Translations under genes and position numbers: made by a program
The notes under the pieces: generated by a model
Seen by the model: the letters and a program-made list of their open reading frames with translations, nothing else
The model's database searches: none
What the model was told of the DNA's origin: nothing
NCBI GenBank assembly: GCA_052145775.1
Contig: JBKQNY010000007.1
Span: 958 to 64,957 of the forward strand
Reading direction: 5' to 3'
Length of the DNA stretch: 64,000 nucleotides
Source of the DNA: Acidimicrobiales bacterium
GTDB lineage: Bacteria; Actinomycetota; Acidimicrobiia; Acidimicrobiales; RAAP-2
Shown here: in pieces, positions 27,494 to 36,135 of the stretch
Position numbering within the stretch: position 1 is the first letter of the stretch
Layout: each line of letters begins with the position of its first letter

Positions 27494-27970
27494 TCACGGT
27501 CGCCACCGGTCGGCCCGGCGCGTCCAGGGGTTGTCGTCCTTCTCGATGGGCAGGGCCACCCGGGCCCGGCACGTCGTCTTCACCTCGCCGTCGACGGCGA
27601 GCTCGACGGCCACCTCCGCCCAGCCGCACCCCACTTCGTCCACCTCGGTGCCGGTCACGGTGCCCCTGAGCGCCATGGTGTCGCCCGGGAAGACCGAGCC
27701 CTTCATGGTGAACGTCACCCTGCCCAGCCGGCCGTGGGGGCCGGTCCAGTCGGTCAGGTACCGCTCGAACCAGGCCGCCTGGTTCGGGGTGTTCAAGAAG
27801 ATGTCCCGGGTGCCGTTGCGCTCGACGGCGAAGTCCTTGTCGTGGTGCATCGGCCGCCAGTCCCGGCTGGCCAGGGCCCCGAGGACCACCGTGGTGGCCG
27901 TCACGTCGTAGCGGAGCTCGGGCAGGGCCTGCCCGGCGGCGACGTCGGAGAGCACGAGGCGCGGGGTCAC
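27494..27970 (-). CDS. MaoC-like (R)-hydratase hotdog subunit
   Basis: Last 158 codons of tracked ORF 27494..28387. LASRDWRPMHHDKDFAVERNG (hydratase-2-like motif), GDTMALRGTVTG. The GTG at 27970 overlaps the upstream stop (GTGA). Confidence 0.8.
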   Translation of the reverse strand: MTPRLVLSDVAAGQALPELRYDVTATTVVLGALASRDWRPMHHDKDFAVERNGTRDIFLNTPNQAAWFERYLTDWTGPHGRLGRVTFTMKGSVFPGDTMALRGTVTGTEVDEVGCGWAEVAVELAVDGEVKTTCRARVALPIEKDDNPWTRRADRWRP

Positions 27971-28473
27971 GGCGTCGCCCCGTCGCGGCGGTAGCCGAAG
28001 CCGGTGTAGGACTCGACCCCCACCAGCTCGTCCCGCTGGTTGGTGTAGACGACCTCGATGACCCAGAAGCGCCCGGTCCCGAGCTTGGTCGTCTTCTCCT
28101 CGCTCACGCTGCGCAGCACCTGGTGGGTGCGGAGCCGGTCCCCCGGACGCACCGGCTCGTAGAAGGTGATGGTGTTGTCGGTCATGACCGCCTCGGGCAG
28201 TCCGAGCCTGGCCTTCAGGTCGAAGTGCACCTGCAGCGGCAGCGCGGCCTGGGCGCGGCCCGGCGCCCAGTGGTGCGGGCGGAACCAGACCGAGAGCATG
28301 GTGGGCGGGGCGATCGGGCCGCCGGTCACCTCCTCGGCCACCTCGTCGTCCCAGAACAGGGGGTTGCCGTTCTCGACCGAGGCGCACGTCGTCCAGACGT
28401 AGCCCCGCTCGACCGGGAACTCCCCCACCTCGGGGTACTGCTCGACCCCGATCAGCTCGGCCACCTCGGCCAT
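27967..28473 (-). CDS. MaoC_N / FAS1-like dehydratase hotdog subunit (partner of 27494..27970)
   Basis: Last 168 codons of tracked ORF 27967..29046. MAEVAELIGVEQYPEVGEFPVERGYVWTTCASVENGNPLFWDDEVAEEVTGGPIAPPTMLSVW. Confidence 0.8.
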   Translation of the reverse strand: MAEVAELIGVEQYPEVGEFPVERGYVWTTCASVENGNPLFWDDEVAEEVTGGPIAPPTMLSVWFRPHHWAPGRAQAALPLQVHFDLKARLGLPEAVMTDNTITFYEPVRPGDRLRTHQVLRSVSEEKTTKLGTGRFWVIEVVYTNQRDELVGVESYTGFGYRRDGATP

Positions 28474-28481
28474 CGGGTCGC

Positions 28482-29684
28482 TCACGCGATCGCCCCCCCG
28501 TCCCGCCAGGCGCCGATCGTCCCGGCGTCGACGCCGGCCGCCGCCAAGAGCGACTCGGTGTCGGAGGACGACGGGTCGGGCAGATCGACCGGACCCGGGG
28601 AGCGGACCATGCCGGCCAGTAGCGGCGCCAGCTGGCGGAAGGCCCCGCGCTCGGGGTGGCGCGCCTCGACCACCGACCCCCGCCCGGCGAACCCGGGGTC
28701 GTCGGCCACCTCCGCGACGCAGAGCACCGGCGCCACGCAGGTGTCGGCGGCCGAGAGGAGGGCCACCCAGTGGTCGCGCCCGTGGGCCGCGAAGGCGGCG
28801 GCGAAGTCCGCCCGGATCTGCGCCTGGGCGTCGTCGTCGAGCTGGCGGTCGACCCAGCGCTCCAGGTCGAGGGCCCGGCAGAGGTTGGCGAAGAAGCGGT
28901 GCTCGATGGCGGCCACGGCCAGCCAGCCCCCGTCGCCGGCGCGGTAGGTGTCGTAGCAGGCGAAGCGGCCGGAGAGGATGTCGTGGCCGGGTCCCGGCTC
29001 GGACCCGGTGGCCAGGTGCTCGTCGACGGCGAGCGACATCAGCCACAGGACGCCGTCGGCCACCGAGACGTCGAGGTGGGCGCCCTGGCCGGTGGCGCGG
29101 CGCGCGTAGAGCGCGGCGGTCACCGCCAGGGCCGCCTGCATCCCGCCGGCGGCGGCGTCGGCCACCGTGGCCCCCGGGATCGGCGGTCCGCCGTCGGCCC
29201 GGGGCCCCGTCGAGGCCAGGTAGCCCCCCACGGCCAGGTAGTCGAGGTCGTGCCCGGCCCAGCCCGAGCGCGGCCCGGACTGTCCGTAGCCCGAGGTCGA
29301 GCAGTAGACGACCCCTGGGTTGACCTCACAGACCGCCTGGTAGCCGACGCCCAGCCGGTCGGCCACGCCGGGTCGGTAGCTCTCGACCACCACGTCGGCG
29401 CCGGTGGCCAGGGCCAGGAAGGCCCGGCGGCCGGCCTCGGCCTTCAGGTCGAGCAGCGCCCGACGGGCCCCGCGCTGGCCGCTGTAGGCGAAGAAGGGCG
29501 GGGCGATCTGCGTCCCCGCGTCGCCGGGGACCGGCCCCACCTTCACCAGGTCGGCCCCGTAGTCGGCCAGCAGGCGCGTGCAGCGGGCCGCCGGCCCCAC
29601 GCTGGCCAGGTCGAGCACGGTGACGCCGGCCAGCGGTCCGCGGGCTGCCGGCGCGACGGGCTCGGCTGCGGTGGGGCTCGGCAT
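28482..29684 (-). CDS. Family III CoA-transferase (CaiB/BaiF; alpha-methylacyl-CoA racemase-like)
   Basis: 400 aa. LAGVTVLDLASVGPAARCTRLLADYGADLVKV, VVESYRPGVADRLGVGY. Confidence 0.9.
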   Translation of the reverse strand: MPSPTAAEPVAPAARGPLAGVTVLDLASVGPAARCTRLLADYGADLVKVGPVPGDAGTQIAPPFFAYSGQRGARRALLDLKAEAGRRAFLALATGADVVVESYRPGVADRLGVGYQAVCEVNPGVVYCSTSGYGQSGPRSGWAGHDLDYLAVGGYLASTGPRADGGPPIPGATVADAAAGGMQAALAVTAALYARRATGQGAHLDVSVADGVLWLMSLAVDEHLATGSEPGPGHDILSGRFACYDTYRAGDGGWLAVAAIEHRFFANLCRALDLERWVDRQLDDDAQAQIRADFAAAFAAHGRDHWVALLSAADTCVAPVLCVAEVADDPGFAGRGSVVEARHPERGAFRQLAPLLAGMVRSPGPVDLPDPSSSDTESLLAAAGVDAGTIGAWRDGGAIA

Positions 29685-29697
29685 CGGGTCGGCTGGA

Positions 29698-30879
29698 CTA
29701 GAAGTTCTTGGGCAGCCCGAGCTTGCGTCGGGCGATGATGTTCTTCTGCACCTCGGAGGTCCCGCCGCCGATGGTGTCGATCACCGTGTAGCGGTAGGTG
29801 GACTCGGCCCGGCCCTCCATCGGCGCGCCCTGCGTCTTCACCCTCAACTGGCTGCCCGGCCCGCCGATGTCCATGGAGGCGTCGGCCAGGCGCTTGGAGA
29901 GCTCGGTGGCGTAGAGCTTGTACTCGGATGCCTCGGTGGTGGGCGCCGCCCCGCCCTTCGACGACTCAAACACGAATTTCAGGCCGATGACGCGCGCCAC
30001 CTCGGCCTCGGTGGCCAGCTGGGCGATGCGCCGGCGGACCACGGGGTCGTCGCGCAGCGGCTTCTGGTCGCGGCTGGACGTCTTCACGTACTCGATGAGC
30101 AGCTCCAGCCGCTGGGCGATGGGCGAGAAGGTGAACATCGTGAACCGCTCTAGGTCGAGCGCCTCGGAGATGTACTGGAACCCCTTGTTCAGCTCCCCCA
30201 CCACGTAGTCGTCGGGGACGAACACGTCGTCGAGGAAGACCTCGTTCGTCCGCTCGTCTCCCATGGTCCAGATGGCGTTCACGGTGATGCCCGGCTGGTC
30301 GATGGGCACGAGGAACAAGGTGATCCCCGCGTGCTTGGGCGCCTCAGGGTCGGTTCGGGCCCCGACCCAGTACCACTCGGCGAAGTGGGCCGAGGTGGTC
30401 CACGTCTTCTGGCCATTGAGCACCCAGCCGCCCTCCACCTTGGTGGCCTTCAGCTGCATGGAGGCGGCGTCGGAGCCGGCGTTGGGCTCGGAGTACCCGA
30501 CGGCGAACTCGACCTCGTTGCGCAGGATCTTGGGGAGGAACTCCTGCTTCATCTTCTCGCTGCCGTGGCGGATGATGGTCTTGCCGACGATGCCCACGCC
30601 CTTGCCGATCTGGGGGCCGCCCCGGCGCGCCAGTTGCTCGTTGAGCAGGTATTCGTAGACGCCCTCGCCCTCCTTGCCCCCGTACTCGGCGGGCCACGTC
30701 ATGCCCAGCCAACCCTGGGTGCCCATCTCGGCCATGAAGGCGCGGCGCTTGGGGGTGTCGACGATCTGGGCCATGTTCTCGCGGGTGACGTCGAACACCT
30801 CGGGGTCGGCGTGGGCGTCGAGGAACTGCTCGACCTCCTTGACGAACGCCGTCTGCTCCGGTGAGAACTCGAAGTTCAT
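29698..30879 (-). CDS. Acyl-CoA dehydrogenase
   Basis: 393 aa. MNFEFSPEQTAFVKEV, GWLGMTWPAEYGGKEG, AVGYSEPNAGSDAASMQLKA, GGTSEVQKNIIARRKLGLP. Confidence 0.9.
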   Translation of the reverse strand: MNFEFSPEQTAFVKEVEQFLDAHADPEVFDVTRENMAQIVDTPKRRAFMAEMGTQGWLGMTWPAEYGGKEGEGVYEYLLNEQLARRGGPQIGKGVGIVGKTIIRHGSEKMKQEFLPKILRNEVEFAVGYSEPNAGSDAASMQLKATKVEGGWVLNGQKTWTTSAHFAEWYWVGARTDPEAPKHAGITLFLVPIDQPGITVNAIWTMGDERTNEVFLDDVFVPDDYVVGELNKGFQYISEALDLERFTMFTFSPIAQRLELLIEYVKTSSRDQKPLRDDPVVRRRIAQLATEAEVARVIGLKFVFESSKGGAAPTTEASEYKLYATELSKRLADASMDIGGPGSQLRVKTQGAPMEGRAESTYRYTVIDTIGGGTSEVQKNIIARRKLGLPKNF

Positions 30880-30915
30880 GGTGGTGCCTCCGCGCTGCGC
30901 CCGGCCCGGGCATCC

Positions 30916-30936
30916 GATCTGACGCCTCGTCAGATC
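30916..30936. promoter_or_regulatory. Palindrome GATCTGACG-cct-CGTCAGATC, 37-57 nt upstream of the ACAD operon ATG (candidate operator)
   Basis: Read directly; the 9-bp arms are exact reverse complements. It is followed by CGGACGGC, and its half-site recurs at 32599-32608. Confidence 0.55.
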
Positions 30937-30977
30937 CGGACGGCATCATAGGGTGACGGCCGCGGCCCCGTCGCCCG

Positions 30978-32528
30978 TCAGTCGGTCAGCGGGGCCGCCA
31001 CCGGCGCCGGCCGGACGTCGCCCCGCTCGGGGGCGACCGGGTGGCCGGGCCGGCCCTTGGGCAGCAGCAGCGTGGCCACCAGCCCCACCGCGGTCATGGC
31101 TGCCACCACCCAGAAGGTGTCGCCGAAGGAGTTGGCCAGCTGCTGGGCCACGGCCGGCGGGGGCTTCACCGTGATCGACGAGGGGACCGAGCCCAGGATG
31201 CTCGGCAGATGGGGCAGCCTCGAGGTCACCTGACGCTGCAGCACCACCGCCACCAGTGCGGTGCCGAACGACCCGCCGACCCGCATCATGATGTTGAGGG
31301 TGGTGGTGGCCCGGGGCACGAGTGTGCGGGTCAGGTTGGCGTAGGCGGCGGCCATGAGCGGCATCATCACCCACCCCATGCCCATCCCTCGGATGAAGAG
31401 CGAGAGGCAGATCCAGGTGTAGCTGGTGTCGGGGCCGAGCTGGGTGAAGAACAGGGTCCCGAGCAAGAAGACGGCCATGCCGATGGGGACGACGGTGCCG
31501 GCCCCGATACGGTCGGTGAGCTTCCCGCCGTAGGGCATGGTGATCATCGCCCCGATGCCCTGGGGCGCAAGCAACAGGCCTGCGACCAGCGCGCTGTCCC
31601 CCCTCACCACCTGCGAGTAGAGCGGCAGGAGGATCATGCCGGCGTAGAGCGCCCCGCCGAAGATGAAGATGGCCACGTTGGACACGGCGAAGCCGCGGTC
31701 CTTGAACAGGTGCATGTCGAGCAGCGGGCGGTCGACCCGCAGGGCGTGCAGGACGAATGCGGCCACCAGCACGACCCCTATGGCCATGCAGGCGATGACC
31801 GTGGTGCTGCCGAATCCGCTCCCCCCTCCGGCCTCCGACAGGCCGTAGACGAGCAAGGCCAGCCCCGGGGAGAGCAGGGCCATGCCGAGGAAGTCGAAGC
31901 GGCCGGCGTCCGTGCGCCCGCCGGGGGAGAGGAAGACGGCCGACAGGGCGATGGCCAGGATCCCGATGGGCACGTTGACGTAGAAGATCCACCGCCAGCT
32001 GGCGTTGTCGATGATCAGACCGCCCAGCACCGGCCCGATGATCGGCGCCAGCAGGGTGGGCACGCCGAGAATGGACATCACCCGCCCCATCCGCTGGGGT
32101 CCGGCGGCCCTGGCCATGATCGTCTGGCCGACGGGCATGATCATGCCGCCACCGACCCCCTGGAGCACCCGGAAGAAGATCAGGCTCTCCGACGACCAGG
32201 CCAGGCCGCAGAGGGCCGACCCCACGGTGAACAAGACGAGCGACGTGATCCAGGTGCGTTTGGCCCCGAACCGCTCGACCGTCCACCCCGACATCGGGAT
32301 CACGATGGCCAGGGCGAGGAGGTAGCCGGTGGTGACCCACTGGATCGTGGAGATCGACGTGTGGAACTCCCGGGCCAGGGTGTCGAGGGCGACGTTGACG
32401 ATCGTCGTGTCGAGGATCGACATGACGGCGCCGAGGATGACGACGATCGACAGCCGCCGGAGCACCGGGTCGCTGAAGACGGCATCCCTCCGGGGGGCGG
32501 GGCGCACCTGCCCCGGGGTGTCACTCAT
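30978..32528 (-). CDS. MFS transporter, DHA2 (EmrB/QacA-like, 14-TMS) family
   Basis: Tracked ORF 30978..32648. LSIVVILGAVMSILDTTIVNVALDTLAREFHTSISTIQWVTTGYLLALAIVIPMSGWTVERFGAKR. The ATG at 32528 (residue 41) gives MSDTPGQV. Confidence 0.9.
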   Translation of the reverse strand: MSDTPGQVRPAPRRDAVFSDPVLRRLSIVVILGAVMSILDTTIVNVALDTLAREFHTSISTIQWVTTGYLLALAIVIPMSGWTVERFGAKRTWITSLVLFTVGSALCGLAWSSESLIFFRVLQGVGGGMIMPVGQTIMARAAGPQRMGRVMSILGVPTLLAPIIGPVLGGLIIDNASWRWIFYVNVPIGILAIALSAVFLSPGGRTDAGRFDFLGMALLSPGLALLVYGLSEAGGGSGFGSTTVIACMAIGVVLVAAFVLHALRVDRPLLDMHLFKDRGFAVSNVAIFIFGGALYAGMILLPLYSQVVRGDSALVAGLLLAPQGIGAMITMPYGGKLTDRIGAGTVVPIGMAVFLLGTLFFTQLGPDTSYTWICLSLFIRGMGMGWVMMPLMAAAYANLTRTLVPRATTTLNIMMRVGGSFGTALVAVVLQRQVTSRLPHLPSILGSVPSSITVKPPPAVAQQLANSFGDTFWVVAAMTAVGLVATLLLPKGRPGHPVAPERGDVRPAPVAAPLTD

Positions 32529-32579
32529 GCCTTGCGATGCTATAGGTGGGTCCCTTCTGGCAAGCACCCTCTCGCCCCT

Positions 32580-32608
32580 GATCTGCACCTGACGGCCAGT
32601 CAGATCCG
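32580..32608. promoter_or_regulatory. Related imperfect palindrome GATCTG-cac-CTGACGG-cca-GTCAGATCCG between the MFS gene and the HMGS-like::DUF35 gene (candidate operator)
   Basis: Read directly. It shares GTCAGATCCG (10/10) and GATCTG / CTGACG with the 30916-30936 site, and lies 27-55 nt upstream of the GTG at 32635. Confidence 0.5.
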
Positions 32609-32634
32609 TCCGGCCGACGGCTACGCTCTCGTCC

Positions 32635-34092
32635 GTGCGTGGAGTCACCGCGGCCGCCGGCTACGTCCCCTACCGGCGGCTGGCGCGCACGGAGATCGCC
32701 ACCTTCCTCGGCTCGGGGGGCGGGCGCGGTGCGAGGGCCGTGGCCTCCCACGACGAGGACACGACGACCATGGGGGTCGAGGCGGCACGCCTGGCCCTCC
32801 GGGCGGGCCCGGCCCAGGCGCCGGGGGCCCTGTGGTTCGCCACCGCCAACCCGGCCTACCTCGACAAGACCAATGCCACCGCCGTCCACCGGGCGCTCCG
32901 GCTCCCTCCCGACGTGCCGGCCTTCGACTTTGGCGGGGCGCTGCGCTCGGGGATGGGAGCCTTCGTCGCCGCGCTGGCCGGCACCGGGTCGGTGCTGGTG
33001 GTGGCGTCGGACCGCCGCGACGGCCTGCCCACCGGCGGCGACGAGTCGGCGGGCGGGGACGCGGCGGCCGCCGTGGTGGTGGGGGACGCCGGGGCGGGCG
33101 CGCCGCTGCTCGCCGAGCACCTGGGGGGCGCCTCGGCCACCGACGAGTTCACCGACCGGTGGCGGGCGCCGGGCGAGCAGCGGGCCAAGCTGTGGGAGGA
33201 GCGGTTCGGCGAGACCCGCTACCTCGAGCTGGGGACCGACGCCTGGCACCGCGCCCTCAAGGACGCCGGGGTCCAGGCGGCCGAGGTTTCGGCGGTGGCG
33301 GTGACCGGCATGCACGGCCGGGCCTCCAGGTCCCTGGTCGGCCGGCTCGGGGTCGAGCAGACCGCGCTGGCCGACGACCTGTCGCAGACCGTCGGCCAGT
33401 CCGGCACCGCCCACCCCCTTCTCCTGCTCACCTCGATGCTCGAGGCCGAGGCGGCGGACCAGGCGGAAGGCACCGTGGAGGCGGGCAGGGTGCTCGCCCT
33501 CGTCCATCTGGCCGACGGGGCCGACGTCGTCATCGTCCGAACCACCGGGGCCCTCGCCGAGTGGCGACCGAGCCGGACCGTGGCCGATCAGGTGGCGACC
33601 GGGGCCGACGTCTCCTACGGCACCTTCCTCGCCTGGCGCGGCATGCTCACCCTGGAGCCGCCACGGCGCCCCGGGCCCGAGCGCGTCTCGTCGACGGCCG
33701 CCTGGCGGAGCGAGGACTGGAAGTTCGGGTTCGTGGGCTCGAGGGACCGCACCAGCGGGGCCCTCCACCTCCCCCCGGCCCGCGTCTCGATGCAGGGCGA
33801 CGCCGTCGACGACATGGAGCCGGTGCCCATGGCCGACGCCGTGGGGACGGTGGTGGCCTTCACGGTGGACCGGATGGCCTACTCCCCCAGCCCCCCCGTC
33901 GTCTTCGCCGTCGTCGATTTCGAGGGCGGCGGGCGGTTCCCCTTGGAGCTCACCGACGTCAACGCCGACCGGCTGGCGGTGGGCGACCGGCTGGAGATGA
34001 CCTTCCGACGGCTCTACACGGCCGACGGCATCCACGACTACTTCTGGAAGGGCCGCCCGGTCCGAAGGCTTCGGGTGGGAGGAGGGGGCTGA
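32635..34092 (+). CDS. HMG-CoA-synthase/thiolase-fold-like domain fused to a DUF35 OB-fold (both lacking the usual Cys residues)
   Basis: 485 aa. N-domain GYVPYRRL, HDEDTTTMGVEAARLAL, AFDFGGALRSGMGAF. C-domain GTVVAFTVDRMAYSPSPPVVFAVVDFEGGGRFPLELTDVNADRLAVGDRLEMTFRR. Confidence 0.75.
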   Translation: MRGVTAAAGYVPYRRLARTEIATFLGSGGGRGARAVASHDEDTTTMGVEAARLALRAGPAQAPGALWFATANPAYLDKTNATAVHRALRLPPDVPAFDFGGALRSGMGAFVAALAGTGSVLVVASDRRDGLPTGGDESAGGDAAAAVVVGDAGAGAPLLAEHLGGASATDEFTDRWRAPGEQRAKLWEERFGETRYLELGTDAWHRALKDAGVQAAEVSAVAVTGMHGRASRSLVGRLGVEQTALADDLSQTVGQSGTAHPLLLLTSMLEAEAADQAEGTVEAGRVLALVHLADGADVVIVRTTGALAEWRPSRTVADQVATGADVSYGTFLAWRGMLTLEPPRRPGPERVSSTAAWRSEDWKFGFVGSRDRTSGALHLPPARVSMQGDAVDDMEPVPMADAVGTVVAFTVDRMAYSPSPPVVFAVVDFEGGGRFPLELTDVNADRLAVGDRLEMTFRRLYTADGIHDYFWKGRPVRRLRVGGGG

Positions 34093-35282
34093 TGGCCTCG
34101 CACGGCATCTGTGACCGGGTGGCCATCGTGGGGATGGGCTGCACCCGCTTCGGCGAGCGGTGGGACAAGGGGTTCGACGACCTGGTCATCGAGGCGGCCC
34201 AGGACACCTTCGCCTCGGCCGGCGTTACCAAGCACGACGTCGACGCCTACTGGATCGGCACCGCCCAGGGCGGCATGAGCGGCATCACCCTGGCCCGGCC
34301 CCTCCAGCTGCAGGCCAAGCCCGTGACCCGGGTGGAGAACTACTGCGCCACCGGCTCCGAGGCCCTGCGCGCCGCCGCCTACGCGGTGGCCTCCGGCGCC
34401 TACGACGTCGCCATGGCGGTCGGTGCGGAGAAGGTGAAGGACAGCGGCTTCCAGGGGCTGAACGCCCCGGCCCCGCCCGGTGACGGGACCGCACGGACCC
34501 TGACCGCGGCCGCCATGTTCTCCATGGTCGCCCCGGCCTATGCGGCCAAGTACGGGGTGGCCGACGACCAGATGACCGACGTGCTCGCCGCCATCTCAGC
34601 CAAGAACCACGCCAACGGGGCACGCAACCCTCGGGCCCAGTTCCGCCGCGAGGTCTCCAAGGAGACGATCTGCGCCTCGCCCCGGGTGGCCGGGCGGCTC
34701 GGGGTCTTCGACTGTGCCGGGGTGGCCGACGGGGCGGCGGCCGCCGTGGTGGTCCGGGCCGAGGATGCCCTGCGCTACACCGACAGGCCCCTCTACATCA
34801 AGGCGCTCTCCTTTGCCGCCGGGAGCGGCTCGGGGCTGATCGACCCCGGCTACGACTACACCCACTTCCCCGAGTGCGAGGCGGCGGCGGCCGACGCCTA
34901 CCTCCAGGCCGGCATCACCGACCCCCGGCGCCAGCTGGCCATGGCCGAGGTGCACGACTGCTTCACCCCGACCGAGCTGGTCCTCATGGAGGACCTGGGC
35001 TTCGCCGAGCGGGGCACGGCCTGGAAGGAGGTGCTGGCCGGGACGTTCGCCCTCGACGGCGAGCTGCCGGTCAACCCCGACGGGGGGCTGAAGAGCTTCG
35101 GCCACCCGGTGGGAGCCTCGGGGCTGCGCATGATATTTGAGTGCTGGCTGCAGCTCAGGGGCGAGGCCACCCCCGAACGCCAGCTGCGCACCGACCGCAC
35201 CCTCGCCCTCACCCACAACCTGGGCGGTTACCCGGGGGAGATGGTCTCCTTCGTTTCGGTGCTGGGCACCGAGCCCGGCTGA
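34092..35282 (+). CDS. SCP2/Ltp-type thiolase (acetyl-CoA acetyltransferase family)
   Basis: Last 396 codons of tracked ORF 31041..35282. VAIVGMGCTRFGERWDKG, nucleophile VENYCATGSEALRAAAYAV, NPDGGLKSFGHPVGASGLRM. The ATG shares one base with the upstream TGA. Confidence 0.9.
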   Translation: MASHGICDRVAIVGMGCTRFGERWDKGFDDLVIEAAQDTFASAGVTKHDVDAYWIGTAQGGMSGITLARPLQLQAKPVTRVENYCATGSEALRAAAYAVASGAYDVAMAVGAEKVKDSGFQGLNAPAPPGDGTARTLTAAAMFSMVAPAYAAKYGVADDQMTDVLAAISAKNHANGARNPRAQFRREVSKETICASPRVAGRLGVFDCAGVADGAAAAVVVRAEDALRYTDRPLYIKALSFAAGSGSGLIDPGYDYTHFPECEAAAADAYLQAGITDPRRQLAMAEVHDCFTPTELVLMEDLGFAERGTAWKEVLAGTFALDGELPVNPDGGLKSFGHPVGASGLRMIFECWLQLRGEATPERQLRTDRTLALTHNLGGYPGEMVSFVSVLGTEPG

Positions 35283-36104
35283 TCAGCGCAGACCGGAGAA
35301 GAGGTCGTCCTCGGGGACCGGCGTGCCGGTCCGGTCCCAGGCCCGCACGAACATCTCCTCGCCGAACAGGGAGGCGAAGACCTCACGGCCCAGGTTCAAG
35401 AAGAAGATGTTGTCAGACTGGCTGGCGTGGGCGGCCAGGCTGTCGAACTTGCGGCCGGTCACGGCCGAGCAGTCGATGGTGGTGGTGATGAGCTCGTCGG
35501 GGGTTCCGAACTCGGGGTCCTCGTCGACCGGCTCGGGGAACTCCACCCCCATGGCGCGTACCGTCTCGGCGAAGCCGGCGATGGCCGAGCGCGGAAGGGC
35601 CGTGTAGTAGACGCGCCGGGGGATCCCGGTGGCCTCGGCAGCGGCCAGGGTGACCCGGTTGGCCTGGATATGGTCGGGGTGGCCGTAGAAGCCGTGCTCG
35701 TCGTAGGTGACGACCACCTGCGGGCGGTAGCGGTCCATTAGCTCGGCCAACTTCGCCGCCGCCTCGTCCACCGGGGTGTTCCAGAAGGCGTGGGGCGCCT
35801 CGTTCTGGGGCCAGCCCATCATCCCAGAGTCGTGGTAGCCGAGGAGCTCGAGGTGTTCGACGCCCAGCACCCGGCAGCTCTCCTCGAGCTCCTTGCGGCG
35901 CAGCCCCACCACTTCTGCCGTGTCGTGGCCCGGCTCACCGGGCTTGGCGCCGCCCGGCCCGTCACCCAGCTCCCCGTTGGTGCACGTGACCAGGACCGTC
36001 CGCACCCCCTCGTCGGCGTAGCGGGCGAGGACGCCGCCGGTGGTCGACCCCTCGTCGTCGGGGTGGGCGTGCACGGCCATCAGGGTGAGGGGCTCGTCGG
36101 GCAT
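35283..36104 (-). CDS. PIG-L family deacetylase (mycothiol Mca/MshB-like)
   Basis: 273 aa. LMAVHAHPDDEGSTTGG, YGHPDHIQANR. Overall similar by eye to mycobacterial Mca. Confidence 0.85.
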   Translation of the reverse strand: MPDEPLTLMAVHAHPDDEGSTTGGVLARYADEGVRTVLVTCTNGELGDGPGGAKPGEPGHDTAEVVGLRRKELEESCRVLGVEHLELLGYHDSGMMGWPQNEAPHAFWNTPVDEAAAKLAELMDRYRPQVVVTYDEHGFYGHPDHIQANRVTLAAAEATGIPRRVYYTALPRSAIAGFAETVRAMGVEFPEPVDEDPEFGTPDELITTTIDCSAVTGRKFDSLAAHASQSDNIFFLNLGREVFASLFGEEMFVRAWDRTGTPVPEDDLFSGLR

Positions 36105-36135
36105 GCGGGGACAGCGTAGAGGTCGCGACGGGCGC

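Noticed and set aside
31041-34091. N-terminal ~1000 codons of the 1413-aa ORF 31041..35282
   Set aside because: This part is antisense to the MFS transporter and out of frame over the HMGS-like::DUF35 gene. Only the last 396 codons (from the ATG at 34092) look like a protein, namely the thiolase.
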